A stretch of DNA of 64,000 bases from Octopus sinensis (taxonomy: Eukaryota). Shown piece by piece: positions 49,771-62,805 of the stretch; positions within the stretch are counted from its first letter, which is position 1, and each line of letters begins with the position of its first letter. The DNA is taken from contig NC_043003.1 in the NCBI RefSeq assembly GCF_006345805.1, forward strand, positions 52,018,001-52,082,000, written 5' to 3'. The translations under genes were made by a program, and so were the position numbers. The notes beneath the pieces were generated by a model, which worked only from the letters and a program-made list of their open reading frames with translations, ran no database searches and was not told the origin of the DNA.

Positions 49771-50093
49771 GTTTATCTTTAAAAAGAACAATGTTTTAGA
49801 GAAGCGAAAGTCGGCGGGCGCTTTTTGTCTTCTCCCATCCTTATCATCTGTCTTTCATTATCATTCACTTCATTAATGTCCTCGTCCAGCCCGCAAAGCT
49901 AACTTAATCTGTGTACTGCCTTTATGGCAAATGTTTTGAAATAAAGTAGCTTGCTTACCAACCACATGGTTCCGGGTTCAGTCCCACTGTGTGGTACCTT
50001 GGGAAAGTGTCTTCTACTATAGCCTCGGGCCGACCAAAGCCTTGTGAGTAGATTTGGTAGACGGAAAGTGAAAGAAGCCCGTCGTATATATGT

Positions 50094-50171
<78 letters not shown>

Positions 50172-51279
50172 TGTTTGTGTGTCTGTGTTTGTCCCCCCAA
50201 TATCGCTTGACAACCGATGCTGGTGTGTTTACGTCCTCGTAACTTAGCGGTTCGGCAAAAGAGACCGATACAATAAGTACTACGCTTACAAAGAATAAGT
50301 CCTGGGGTCGATTTGCTCGGCTAAAGGCGGTGCACCAGCATGGCCGCAGTCAAATGACTGAAACAAGTAAAAGAGTAAGAGTATTCAAAAGTTAAGAATG
50401 CCTGCATAAAGTACATGGGCATAGAGGGTGTCTCGGAGTTGAGAAGAAAATGCTAGTAACAACATGAATTTCGTTAAAGGAACCTAAAGACCAACAGCTG
50501 GTGTCCAACAAGGTGATATATTAAATATACCACTCTAAATGCTGATCTGGGGGGTCTACAGACAACTATGGAATCTGTATGCGGTTGTTCGAAGTGCTAG
50601 AAATAGCAGCCAAATATCTATCAAATCACAATCTAGCGTCTTTAAGAAATAGATCTATGATATACATGTGTATTTTAACGCATTTATGAACTTGTTTTTA
50701 CACACAAACATAGCCACAGACACAGATACACACAAACACACGCATTCATATACAGAAATACTTATACGCATAAATTCACCAACACATATATGCACATACG
50801 CACACATGCACGGACATATTCACTCACTTGTACGTACGTACGTATGTACGTGTGTGTGTGTGTGTGTGTGTGTGTTCACACACATACACATATACACATT
50901 ATTTGTACACGTATACACATATTCTACGTGGATATACACATATGTAAATAAATGTTGGGAAAAACGAATGCTCCTGTGTGATTGTGTTTGAGTTCATAAC
51001 ATAGAAAGAAAGAGAGAAGGAAAGAGAGAGAGAGAGAGAGAGAGTGTGTGTGTGAGAGAGAAAAAGAGAGCGAATGAGAGAGGGAGAGAGACAGAGGGGG
51101 AGAGAGAGAGAGAGCTTATTTAGGTTTGGTGGCAATGTTCTAGACAAAACACAGGTCATATTACCAAAAACGTGGTAGAAGTCTCTGTGCATTGAGCAAC
51201 TTTTCTTCTCAATGGCACCATATGGAATGTTCTAGTAATCTTGGAGATCTGATTTACTTACAATCACTTTTCCCAGGCG

Positions 51280-51867
51280 TGGCGGTTGGTTGGTAGTGGT
51301 GGTCGTCATGTGGAGGTGTTGGTGGTCGAGTTGGTAGGGGTTGATATGATAGTAATGCTAGTGTCTGTATTGGTGGTGGTGGTGGTAGTAGTGTTTGGTG
51401 GCGGGTTAATATGACAGTAATGGTAGTGTCTGGTGATGGTGGTAGTGGTGATTGGTGGTAGTGATGGTGGTGGTGTTAGTGGTGGTGGTGGTGATGGTGG
51501 TGGTAGATGTGGTAGTGGTATTGATATGATAGTAATAGTAATGGTGATGTTTGGTTGTGATGGCGGTGATAGTGGTAGTGGTAGAAATGGTGATGGTGAT
51601 GGTGATGGTATTTGGGGTGGGTTAGATTGGGTTGGGGTAGGCGCCTTCAGGTTACTATTGACGATATTGGCCTGACTATTGTTTTTTGACCGCTAATCGA
51701 TGTTGGTGGTCAGTCGATCACATGTTGCAGTGCTGATCATGGTTAAGATCTTGGTGGTAGTAGTGGTGGTAATGCTGATGAGGATGGGCAGTGAAATGGT
51801 AGTGTTGGCAGCTGCAGGTAATTGTAGTAGTGGTGGCGATGGTAAGACTCATTTTAGGTGAACAAGT

Positions 51868-51926
<59 letters not shown>

Positions 51927-52370
51927 ATGATAATAGTGGTGATTGTGAGTGGTCGTGGCAGTGATGATCGTCGTGGTTGTTATTGTGGTGGTGGTGCTGA
52001 TCATGGTAGTGGACTGGTGATGGGAACTGCGATTGTGACGTCACATGGTAGTGGTGTAGATTGTGAAATTTGGACGTGGAGTAAAGTCTCTCACCAAATT
52101 CCACCAATATCTGATCTCTGAATCTTTGACTATCTTTAATACCAAGAATGTACACCAACATCCACGAACGATATAAAGTTATTCGCATCACTGTTATCAG
52201 ATGTTGACGTCCAATACCACTTTTCACTAGCACCACTACCACCTACTGGCACCACAACCACTACCAGAACTACTACCAACACTACCACAACCAGCACTAC
52301 TATCAATAGCAATAACGCTACAAATATACTACTATATCACTTCTCACTACTGCCAATACCGCTATCAATA
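51280..52370. repeat. (GGT)n/(AGT)n/(ACC)n low-complexity region
   Basis: Direct reading. Confidence 0.8.
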
Positions 52371-52397
52371 CAAAACTCGCGGCCAGTATTCGTCTGT

Positions 52398-52657
52398 TAT
52401 CTCTTTCTCTTTTATTCTTTTACTTGTTTCAGTCATTTGACTGTGGCCATGCTGGAGCACCACCTTTAGTCGAGCAAATTGACCCCAGGACTTATTCTTT
52501 GTAAGCCTAGTACTTATTGTATCGGTCACTTTTGCCGAACCGCTAGGGTCGGCCCGAGGCTATAGTAGAAGACACTTGCCAAAGGTGCTCCGCAGTGGGA
52601 ATGAATCCGGGACCATGTGGTTAGTAAGCAAGCTACTTACCACACAGCCACTCCTGC
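52398..52657 (-). mobile_element. Family A SINE with the central microsatellite segment deleted
   Basis: Head joined directly to ...agcggttcggcaaaag. Confidence 0.85.
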
Positions 52658-52679
52658 ACCTATCAATATAATATGCACT

Positions 52680-52985
52680 AGGTAGTGGTTACAGCGACGG
52701 GCTCACAATAATGAGGTAGTAAGTTCGATTCTCAGACCGGGCTGTATGTTGTTTTCTTGAGCAAGACACTTTATTTTGCTCCTGTTCATTCAGCTGTAGA
52801 AATGAGTTGTGACGTCACTGGTACCAAGATGTATCGGCCTTGCATTTCCGTTGGATGACATCGGTGGCGTGGAGAAGGGGGACTGGTATGTGTGGGCGAC
52901 TGCTGGTCTTCCATAAACAACTTTGCCCGAACTTGTGCCTCGGAGGGGAAATTTCTAGGTGCAATCCCATGACCGAATGGTGTCT
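52680..52985 (+). mobile_element. Family D SINE
   Basis: Collinear with 47134-47470. Confidence 0.8.
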
Positions 52986-53589
52986 TTACTCTTTTGATCT
53001 AATCTATAAAAATGCGCTCTTTGAAAAGTTTTGGCGCTATGTCAATCTTATAAATCAAAATGATTAATTATATAATTAAAATTTTTTATGAACCAGGAGA
53101 AAAGTCAGTGTGAATATACAATTGTATTGTATAATGCCGTGCATGCATATTAGTACAAACATTCAAGCATAATTTCTTCAACATGATGAAGGTTGCGAAA
53201 TGGCTGTAACCCGAAAGATGACAAGTAGTTAAATATATTCTCATACGTCCTGACTTTTTACGGTTTATGTACGACTTGAGAAATGATTTCACCGCTCGGA
53301 TCGTCTAGATTTCAGCCACTTGGTCACTCTATATTACACTTCTTTGTAGAGGATTACTATGTGGACTGTTAGCCGAGTCCGTTAGAGGAGCTTTCTGCGA
53401 TAGCCATACGATTCTCTGATTCCATATTTTACATACATACACACATACATACATACATACATACATACATACATACATACATACATACATACATACATAC
53501 ATACATACATACATACATACATACATACATACATACATACATGTATGTATGTATGTATGTGTGTGTGTGTGTGTGTGTGAACGCACGTG

Positions 53590-53830
53590 GGCTGGTGATT
53601 GGGGTGTTGCACTCATGATCGTGATTGTGTTTCAATTCTGGGACCTATTGCGCATCGTGTTCTTGAGCAAAACACTTCATTTCACGTTGCTCTAGCTCAC
53701 TCAGCTGCGACAGACTGGCCTCCCAGTCTAGAGAGTATGTTGACTTGCTAGCTTTGTCAGCGGGGTGGCATCATTTGAAAGCTGAAACGATGCGAATTGT
53801 GACCACCGAAGTATGACACCAGATGTGTGG
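53590..53830 (+). mobile_element. Family D-like SINE
   Basis: gtttcaattc B box, then ttcttgagcaaaacact...cactcagctg. Confidence 0.6.
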
Positions 53831-54404
53831 TGAATACTCACACACACGTATTGTTATATTCGGGATGGCCTTTTGGGTTGGGGTTGGAATAAACATTCGC
53901 GCTCTAGTGCGTGTGTTTATTTGGCAGAAAAGTAAAAAATGACCATCCCGAAATGTAATATGGTTCAACATACGATATCAATTCAGGAATCATGCAAAAC
54001 AAATACATAAACGTATATATATATATATAATTATATCATTTTGTATGTAATGTGTGTGTGTGAGTGTGAAAACGACAAATCACAGAAAAAGATTGTAGCA
54101 GACTATATATATTAATCAAAGAGCTGGGTTGCTTCTCTTCGATTGGCAAAGGCCTAACTGTTTAAAATATGTGATTAAAAAAAAAAAAACAGATACAAAG
54201 CTAGAAAAATAGATGTAAAATATATATAACAATAGAATGGTTTGGAAAGTTTTCTGGTGATAGTCTACGTTGGAGTAAATAAGGGGGAATGATTATATGC
54301 TGAAAAAAAATGATGATTGCAGGATAGTAGGAAAATAATGTTTAGGCATAGGGGATAAATGTATGGTAAAAACGGTGAAAGTTGTGGTTCACTAGCGAAA
54401 TGAT

Positions 54405-54610
54405 AATCCTTTCTACTAAAGGCACAAGGCCTGAAGTTTGGGGAGAGGGATTAGATCGACCCCAGTTCGCGACTGGTACTTAATTTATCGACCACGAAAG
54501 GACGAAAGGCAAAGTCGACCTCGGCGGAATTAGAACTCAGAACGTAAAGACAGACGAAATACTGCTAAACATTTCGCCCGGCGTGCTAACGATTCTGCCA
54601 GCTCGCCGCC
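54405..54610 (-). mobile_element. Family C SINE
   Basis: Complete head and core. Confidence 0.85.
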
Positions 54611-56331
54611 TTGCTAGTGAGATGGTAATAATACTAAAACATGTACAGAGTTGTTTCCCGTACTTTCTGAAAAATGCAAGATGTAATAGTCATTGACTAA
54701 TACTTTTTCTTTCCTTTCTTGCAAGTGCATAATTATTTCCAGTTAGCTTTTTAAATATTCCTTGCACTAAACTGTTGTATACCAGGAAGGCGATGCCTTT
54801 GAACCATTATTCTCTTAACGATTCTATTCTCCTATGCCAACTGATGAGCAATAATGTACATTTACTTGGTGTTTCTTTCATCACTACTTCAATAAATACA
54901 TTCGTGTCTATGACACACTCTCTCTCTCTGATGAGGTCATAAAAAAATTGAGATCGAAATACGTCTGGATTTGTTACTTGCAGAGAAAGACAACAAAAAA
55001 AAGAAAGAAAGAAAGCAAGAAAGAAAAAAGAAAAAGGAGAATGTAAAATTGGTTTGTGCTTTGCTTTCGTTTTGATTCCTTCTTGTCGCGTACCGGTTTT
55101 CACTTTGGCTTAAATGTACTACGACTAATTTTAACTTTCAGTAAAGAAATAATATAATTGACGCTAACATGTTTAATGATAATTGCTTTTCTGAGTATCT
55201 GCACCTGGAAAGTCCTTCTCCAAGTCTCAGACCTGGGCAAAATTGGGCAAGATGTTTATGTAGAGACCCAATTTTAGCCCATGCATGCAATTCTCTCTTC
55301 ACGCCACCTATATTTTCCACAAGAAAGACACAGCTGGTACAGGTTGGCATCATTAAAACGCAGAAACACAAAACCATTGTAAAATATACTATTCGGCACT
55401 CTTAAACTTCCACCAGTCCGCCGCTTTGAACTGGTCCTTTAATTTAATCGACTCGGAAGAATAAATAGCAAAGCTGACCTCAGCAGGACTCGAACTAAGC
55501 GCACAAAGTCGGAACACCTAACGCAAAGCTGTTCTATCCGACGCTCTAACGACTCTGCCGGTTATCCCCCTTATATTTAAATTAGAAAACCATCTGTGGA
55601 ATAAAGAAAGTAATCATAAAATCACGTAGCTAAACGATAAATTCTGGTCCAAAAAGATAGGGGAAATAACTCATGGATTTGAATTAATTAAAACTTGAAA
55701 ATAGTGAGAAGTCTGATATTTGGTAGTCACCGAGTGAATAACAAACGAATGTCAGTGAAAATGTTAGTGAATATCACTTTTTGTATTGCGTGGGGGACAT
55801 TCATGCACAATAACAATAACAACAAAATCAACTTCGTGTCACAGGATTTCTTATATCAATACTGTTAGGATTTTTTAAAAGGGTTTTGACTGAGTTTGTG
55901 TATGTGCTTCTGCTTTCCTGTATGTTGTAGACATAAATACACACACATGTCTGTGTGTGTGTGTGTGTGTGTGTGTATAGATACACAAATATGTGTGCGT
56001 GTGTGTGTGTATACATATATATATATAATTATATACACATACATATACATGTATGTATGTATGTGCTTATGTGTGTGTTGTGTGTGTGTATGTGTGTGTG
56101 TGTTGTGCGTGTTATAGTGTATATTTGTGCGTTTGTATTAGCAAATGTGAGAGAGCGGGAAGGGAAAAATATTTGCTTTAAATATCTCTTACAGACTGTC
56201 AGATTGAGTAAGATAAATGGCACCTTGTTTTTGTTGACGTTGGTTATGATGGTGGCGGCGATGTGATGGTGGAGGTGGTGATTGTGGTGATGGTAGTGGT
56301 GGTGGTGGTGGTGGTGGTGGTGGTGGTGGTG

Positions 56332-56366
<35 letters not shown>

Positions 56367-56514
56367 TCTGGTCGTGGTCGTGGTGATGGTGGCGGTGGTG
56401 ATGGTGGTACTGTTGATAGTAATGATAGTAGTGATGATGTGTTTTGTAACCCCAGGCCAACCAGGAGCAAGCCTAGTGTCAAAGATGTTTCAGTCACGAC
56501 CATTCAAGACTTAC

Positions 56515-56908
56515 ATTCTCCAACGTGTTTTTTTTCTTCCTTAACAGTGTCATCTGAGAGGACGATTTTACTGCTGTTTCTAACACATCAATCGACAACG
56601 TAGCGGCCTCTCTGATTCATCGTCATGGCGTTGTTGTTGTTGAGTAATCTCCAATGTCATCCATGACTGAATAGTCCTAAAGGATGGTGGAAGTCGGCCG
56701 AACGACGACGCGGAACCCATAGATCCATTTTCTCAGTTATGTTATATTTATTTCTTCCAGCTTTCTTCAAAGTTCCGACATATAGTAACGAATCACATGG
56801 TTGTACGAAATTGACGGCCTGGATATGTTGTGCTAGCTCCGCTCTCAGATCTATTTCTATATGTCCATAAATTACGATGGTGATAATAACGGAGGCGAAC
56901 AAAATAAA
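56515..56908 (-). other. Possible exon of an unidentified minus-strand transcript
   Basis: Acceptor gtgctttcag at 56909 and donor GTAAGT at 56514 bracket non-repetitive sequence; no frame is open throughout. Confidence 0.25.
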
Positions 56909-57500
56909 CTGAAAGCACGACAGTTGTTGCCCCTAGCAGCTATCGTCAATAGAGGGCGTTCTATTGCAGTGTTTTCTGCCTTTTATGTTGCAGTTATTTG
57001 TGTATCTGTGTGTTACTTAACTTTTTCTGAAGAGAGCGGAAGAGATAGTATTGGTAGAATGGTGTGTGGTAGTGCCGTAGAGAGTGGTATAAGTGTTCGG
57101 ATGTTTGGAAGTTTTGTTGTTTTTTTCTAACATGTAGTAACATGGACTATAAGGGAATGAAGCTTACTGCAACAACAAACTGTGCTTCTCATATATCCAA
57201 GCAGTCTTTCACTTTTAATAGTATTTGTCTTGTAATATAGGTGGTCTGTGGGTGTTTGCAGGATGCGCAGTACACAGCTTTATGATGTTTGTAATTTCTC
57301 TGCGGCTTGCAGAGAGATTAGGGTACCGCGTAAACTTACACTAGATGGATCTAATGTATTGTTTGTGCAGTATTGTTATTTCTGTTGGCCTAACGCGGTA
57401 TTTGTGATGGCTTAAAATATGTCTGTGCATCGTTTTAGTTTCTTTGCTGTCTTTTATTTCTTGCAAATATTTTTTTTCTATTCTGTGCTTGCGGTACACT

Positions 57501-57870
57501 CTTTTACTTGTTTCAGTCATTTGACTGCGGCCATGCTGGAGCCCCGCCTTTAGTCAAGCAAATCGAACCCAGGACTTATTCTTTGTAAGCCTAGTACTTA
57601 TTATATCGGTCTCTTTTGCCAAACCGCTAAGTTGCGGGGGCGTAAACACACCAGCATCGGTTGTCAAGCGATGTTGGGGGGACAAACACAGACACACAAA
57701 CACAAACAGATATATACGACGGACTTCTTTCAGTTTCCGTCTACCAAATCCACTCACAAGGCTTTGGTCGGCCCGTGGCTATAGTATAAGACACTTGCCG
57801 AAAGTGCCACGCACTGAACCCGGAACCATGTGGTTGGTAAGCAAGCTACTTACCACACAGCCACTCCTGC
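57501..57870 (-). mobile_element. Intact family A SINE (empty-site reference)
   Basis: Contains an uninterrupted aagtagcttgcttacca at 57835-57851. Confidence 0.9.
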
Positions 57871-57879
57871 ACCTATATG

Positions 57880-58746
57880 TTGTTGAGTGTGGTGACTGGT
57901 GATATTTTATGTCTTCTGGCGTTGCTGGTAAGATGGAAGACTAGATTTTATAGGTGCTGCTTAAGCCTGTTGGTGTGGGACCCAGATTTCTTGGCGATTT
58001 ATGTTGGATCGGAGTAGTTATGCAGATGTGTTTGAAGAATAGTGAGGACATGAGTATAATATCATCTGCGTACAAAGCTGTCTGTATTTTTTGGAGACGT
58101 ATTTGGTCGTGTAAATTGTAGGTTGAAGAGAATAGTTTAGGGGACAGATCCCTGTGGTATTCTACTGAAGAAATTTCAGGTTTTTCATATTTTGTTCCTA
58201 TACAACATACAAACTTGTCAACCTGACAGATCGTTTGCGAACCAACGTTTTAAGTTAACGGTGTTTTTTTCCTTTTGATGTGCAGATGCCAGGAAATGAA
58301 ATCGAAAACTTTTGCTGATGTCCACAGTAGTTAGTGTAGTGCGTGTATGAAAGGTTTTTTGATGTTGAAAACATATTTTCTGTGAAGGTTTATGAGTAGT
58401 GTAATCGTTGGGAGTGATCTGAATTCGTGATATGATTTGAAAAGAGTGGTGTATAGGTTTATTGACGTCAAAAATGTGCTTTTGTAAAACATTCGAGAAC
58501 GCGAACAAGTGTGTGACCGAGCTACATCATGTTAATTCACTTCAGGTTTTGACGAAATTTAGAAGTATAATTTGGCACAAGTTCCAGATTCTGAGAATTT
58601 GGCAATGTTGGTCAGAGCTGTTGTAGAAGTTGGTGAGGGATAGAGAGAGTCTTTCAAATCTTAGATGTTTTAGGTTTATGCTTGTAACTTTGTCTAGCAC
58701 TGAAGTTATTGAGGCCGCAGATTCCTCTATTGCTTTACGAATGTCT
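57880..58746 (-). mobile_element. Degenerate I/Jockey-group LINE RT fragment
   Basis: VDISKSF, RIPQGSVP and ALYADDII motifs with many frameshifts; probably resumes after 59080. Confidence 0.7.
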
Positions 58747-58758
58747 AATAAAACGAAG

Positions 58759-59067
58759 GTGGGGCACATGGCCTAGTGGTTAGAGCAGTGGACTCACAGT
58801 CGAGGGATCGCGGGATCGCGGGTTCGAATCTCAGACTGGAAAATGTGCGTGTTTATTAGCGAAAACACCTAAGCTCCACGCGGCTCCAGCAGAAGGTAAT
58901 GGCGACTTCTGCTGACTCTTTCGCCACAACTTTCTCTCACTCTTTCCTCCTGCATCTTGCAGCTCACCTGCAATAGACCGGCGTCCCGTCCAGGTGGGGA
59001 ACCTATACGTCAAGGAAACCGGGAAACCGGCCTTTATGAGCCAGGCGTGGCTCGAGAAGGAACAAAC
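58759..59067 (+). mobile_element. tRNA-derived SINE with a 12-bp TSD
   Basis: A box tggcctagtggttagagc, B box gggttcgaatc; TSD aataaaacgaag at 58747-58758 and 59068-59079; cctgcaatagaccggcgtcccgtccagg resembles a V/Meta-type central domain. Confidence 0.85.
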
Positions 59068-59399
59068 AATAAAACGAAGTATTAAAACTGTGGTCGATGT
59101 GGAAGATACATATTTTTCCGTTTCGTGTTCCTGTCTTCCTTAGTTTGAGGTTTGTAATTGTGATATGGGGTGTAGTGTGACGTTCGTTGCTGTTGTTAAT
59201 GGTGATGTTGTCGCCGTGGTTGTTATTGTGGTTTTGCCGGTGTTAGTGTAGTAATGATGGTATCACTTCTGGCAGCATTGATAAAGATGAGGTGGTGGTG
59301 GTGGTGGTGTCAGCGGCAGTGGTGGTAGTGTTGGTGGTGGCGATGGTAATGATAGCGATTGTGGTGGTGATGGTGGTGGTGGTGGTGGTTGTGGTGCTG

Positions 59400-59690
59400 A
59401 CTTTTCCGATGGCAGCTTCTCTTCTAGTTCCTCAACAGTTACGATGTGATTTTGTTCCGCCGGGGTTTCCAGGACGTCCTCGTCGAACCCTACAGATCTT
59501 CCAGGACGAAGCTCGACTTCTAGGCTGCAGTTTCCGGCTCGGAATTTCTGGAACCACTGTTGACACTGGCTTATGCTTATTGTCCGATCCCCATATATTG
59601 CATTAATATTCCTTACCATTTCTGTTACGTTGTTACCTTTTTTGAACTCATAAAGCAAAATATGCCGAATATTATTATTTCGTTATTATA
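59400..59690 (-). mobile_element. Mariner transposase N-terminal HTH fragment
   Basis: MLYEFKKGNNVTEMVRNINAIYG...WFQKFRAGN..LE...RPGRS. Confidence 0.8.
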
Positions 59691-60016
59691 TGATCGAACG
59701 TCACGCATCCACTTCCAAGTATATATATATATATATATTAATATATGACATTATATGGCAGATTGAAGCAAAGAACAGAGGACTCAATACTAAGTAAAGG
59801 AAATATATTTCAATTTGTGAAATTCATTGTAATATACCATTCTAACAACATACTTTTGTGTGGTCTTAATCCAATTTTGTCAAACGACCACACCCTCGCA
59901 AGAAAACTCGGAGTAATTATTAAATTAATAAGTATATGAACTTAGATAAGTTCTGTCAGTGTTGACGCAGGCTGTGCCTAACTCAATATCGCCCGTTCGC
60001 CCATCTGGCATATATA

Positions 60017-60052
<36 letters not shown>

Positions 60053-60332
60053 TGTATGTATGTATGTATGTATGTATGTATGTATGTATGTATGTATGTA
60101 TGTATGTATGTATGTATATGTGTGCGCGTGTGTATATGCGTGTGTATTCTGGGGAGTGACATTCCTACTTAGCGATAATAATTCTTTAGCTACACTACAT
60201 ATCAGCAAACTTGCAGATTATGTTACTTGTGATGCTAAATGTAACAGTAAAAAACATTGTTTTCTACTGACAGCTAATAGTCAACGTTAAGTGGATGACA
60301 CGTCAAATAATGGATGAAAACACGCAAAGGCA

Positions 60333-60383
<51 letters not shown>

Positions 60384-60768
60384 ATGCAGACGCACACATA
60401 CAAGTACGTGCAAAGGCACTTATGCACACAAACACATCTATGTATACATAGAACCCAAATCCTAGGCACGTGAAGACTTTGCAGTAAAGTCTTAATTAAA
60501 CTTAATTAAACTTAATTAATAAAGTTAGTGTTTAATCCTTCCTAGAATTAGGATTGAATTAATGTGGTGATATCTAAGGTATGTTTGTTCCCAAACAAAA
60601 CTTGTTTTAGTACTGTTGACACCACCGGATTGAATGGTACTTCCCAGGTGTCGAAACCATAGTGATATCCGTGGGGCAGCTAATGATGGAGGTATGTTGG
60701 AATGGCTGTTATTGTATGTGCGGAAAAGTTTTATAACACTTTTATAAAACTATATGTTATATATATAT

Positions 60769-60805
<37 letters not shown>

Positions 60806-61194
60806 GCAGGAGTGGCTGTGTGGTAAGTAGGTTGTTTACCAACTACATGGTTCCGGGTTCAGTCCCACTGCGTGGCACTTTGGGCAAGTGTCTTCTACTA
60901 TAGCCTCGGGCCGATCAAAGCCTTGTGAGTGGATTTGGTAGACGGAAACTGAAAGAAGCCCGTCGTATATATATATATATATATATATATACGTGTGTGT
61001 GTTTGTGTGAATGTGTTTGTCCCCCTAGCATTGCTTGACAACCGATGCTGGTGTGTTTATGTCCCCGTTACTTAGCGGTTCGGCAAAAGAGACCGATAGA
61101 ATAAGTCCCGAGGTCGAGTTGCTCGATTAAAGGCGGTGCTCCAGCATGGCCGCAGTCAAATGACTGAAACAAGTAAAAGAGTAAAGAGTAAAGA
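60806..61194 (+). mobile_element. Intact family A SINE
   Basis: gcaggagtggctgtgtggtaag head, (TA)n(TG)n core, second half, (AAAGAGT)n-like tail. Confidence 0.9.
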
Positions 61195-61195
61195 C

Positions 61196-61226
<31 letters not shown>

Positions 61227-61269
61227 ATAAAACTATAAACATATATACACGCACATCCCTATATTGTCC

Positions 61270-61478
61270 TTTCTACTATAGACACAAGACATGACATTTT
61301 GGAGGAGGGGGTCTAGTCGATTTCATCGACCTTACAACTTGTCTGATACTTATTTTATCCATCCTGAAAGATAAAAGACAAAGACGACCTCGGCATAATT
61401 TAAAATCATAATGTAAAGACTGACGAAATGCCACAGCATTTCGTCCGGTGTGCTAACGATTCCGCCAGCTCGCCACCA
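61270..61478 (-). mobile_element. Family C SINE
   Basis: Core plus head ...gccagctcgccacc. Confidence 0.7.
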
Positions 61479-61971
61479 TGCGCATATATATATAATCTCA
61501 TCTAGTGTGATTCAGACATGCAAATATTAATATTAATATAAATGGTGCTGCTACACTACATACCTATGGATTTTGTATAGTGCCCTAGAATCATCAGCGA
61601 GGGAAAAGGTTTTTTTTTATTATACAGGAGCTGTAGTAGTAAGTTTGATGTAGGTAGGTTTTTTTCTTTTCTTTTCTTTTTTTCTTTCACATTACATTTT
61701 AAAATTCTCTCACACGGAATATATGTGCAGTAAATAGGAAACGGGTGTAATCACTCTCATTCTTAAATATATTGTTGATTCTATACACAACTATAGCTCT
61801 ATCAACTGTGTCACTTAGCATAGTTGTTTCTTAATATATATCTCAATGTATGCTTATATTGTAGAAACATTGAATAAAAAATACATAATGTAGAGCTTAT
61901 AATATAAACGCCATGCTTGATCGCTGAATCCACAAGGTTTTTTTTAGTTCTCTCTCTGTTTATTTTCTCTT

Positions 61972-62013
61972 TTTCCTTTCTGTTGAAGAGCGTAGACTCG
62001 AAACGTAAAAAGA
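61972..62013 (+). ncRNA. Degenerate ultra-minimal hammerhead-like motif
   Basis: ttt-CTGTTGA-a-gag/ctc-GAAA-C-GTA-aaa, with an ACGT palindrome and an A6-to-U change. Confidence 0.3.
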
Positions 62014-62439
62014 CTTTCTCACTTTCCCGAGCGCCAAACTAATACACCAGCTTGTTGTTCATACACCTGTCATCGTCTTTTATTTTTCTGTAAATCTCAA
62101 TTATAATATAATATAGTGCATAACTATTCACGCAAAAAGCCTATTGATTTTATAAAACCACTGCTCAAGTGCAATTATCGATTTTTTTGTTAACGCCTTG
62201 TACTGACATCACCTCACTGCCATGAGCCTCGCTTACTCATCGATTTTCATCAAAATCGAACAAAAAATGCAAAAGCTGCAAGAACTCACAACATAATAGG
62301 GCAGGGTCTGTTGAGGAAAAGATATTGTGTTGCAGTGTATTTAAGTGTTGAGATCCTGATCCTAGCTATGGATGAATTCTGAAACTAATGTTGAGGTCGT
62401 CTGGACAAGGCTGGTAACATATTCTCTACATCGTGCAAA

Positions 62440-62605
62440 TGATGTATGAAATCAGAACTTATCTGCCGCTCATGGTGGTCCAAATCAGATACGTAATCTA
62501 TGTAGGTGTCTTTTCAAAACATCGTCTGGTTTAAAAAGCCACATCAGATGCCATGATGGTTCTAAGGTGTTGGTACAGGAGGTAGTCAAACTCTGCATTA
62601 GGAGT
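62440..62605 (+). mobile_element. LINE 3' end with a C2H2-like finger (RTE-group-like)
   Basis: (R)NLCRCLFKTSSGLKSHIRCH, followed by a CA-rich tail. Confidence 0.45.
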
Positions 62606-62635
62606 AGACAACCACCATACACACACACACACACA

Positions 62636-62805
<170 letters not shown>

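Larger units (their letters stand above)
47835..49943 (+). mobile_element. ORF1-only (half-L1-like) Tx1-related retrotransposon with TSD
   Basis: TSD aagtagctt(g)cttacca at 47819-47834 and 49944-49960; 582-nt 5' UTR, single ORF, 3' UTR ending gaaataa(a). Confidence 0.85.
47801..50381 (+). mobile_element. Family A SINE interrupted in its tRNA head by an ORF1-only Tx1 element
   Basis: Head at 47801-47834; the remainder (49944-50381) is collinear with the intact copy at 60806-61194. Confidence 0.9.

Noticed and set aside
60806-60880. SINE heads as genuine tRNA genes
   Set aside because: A and B boxes are present, but acceptor and anticodon stems do not pair, and the heads continue into SINE bodies.
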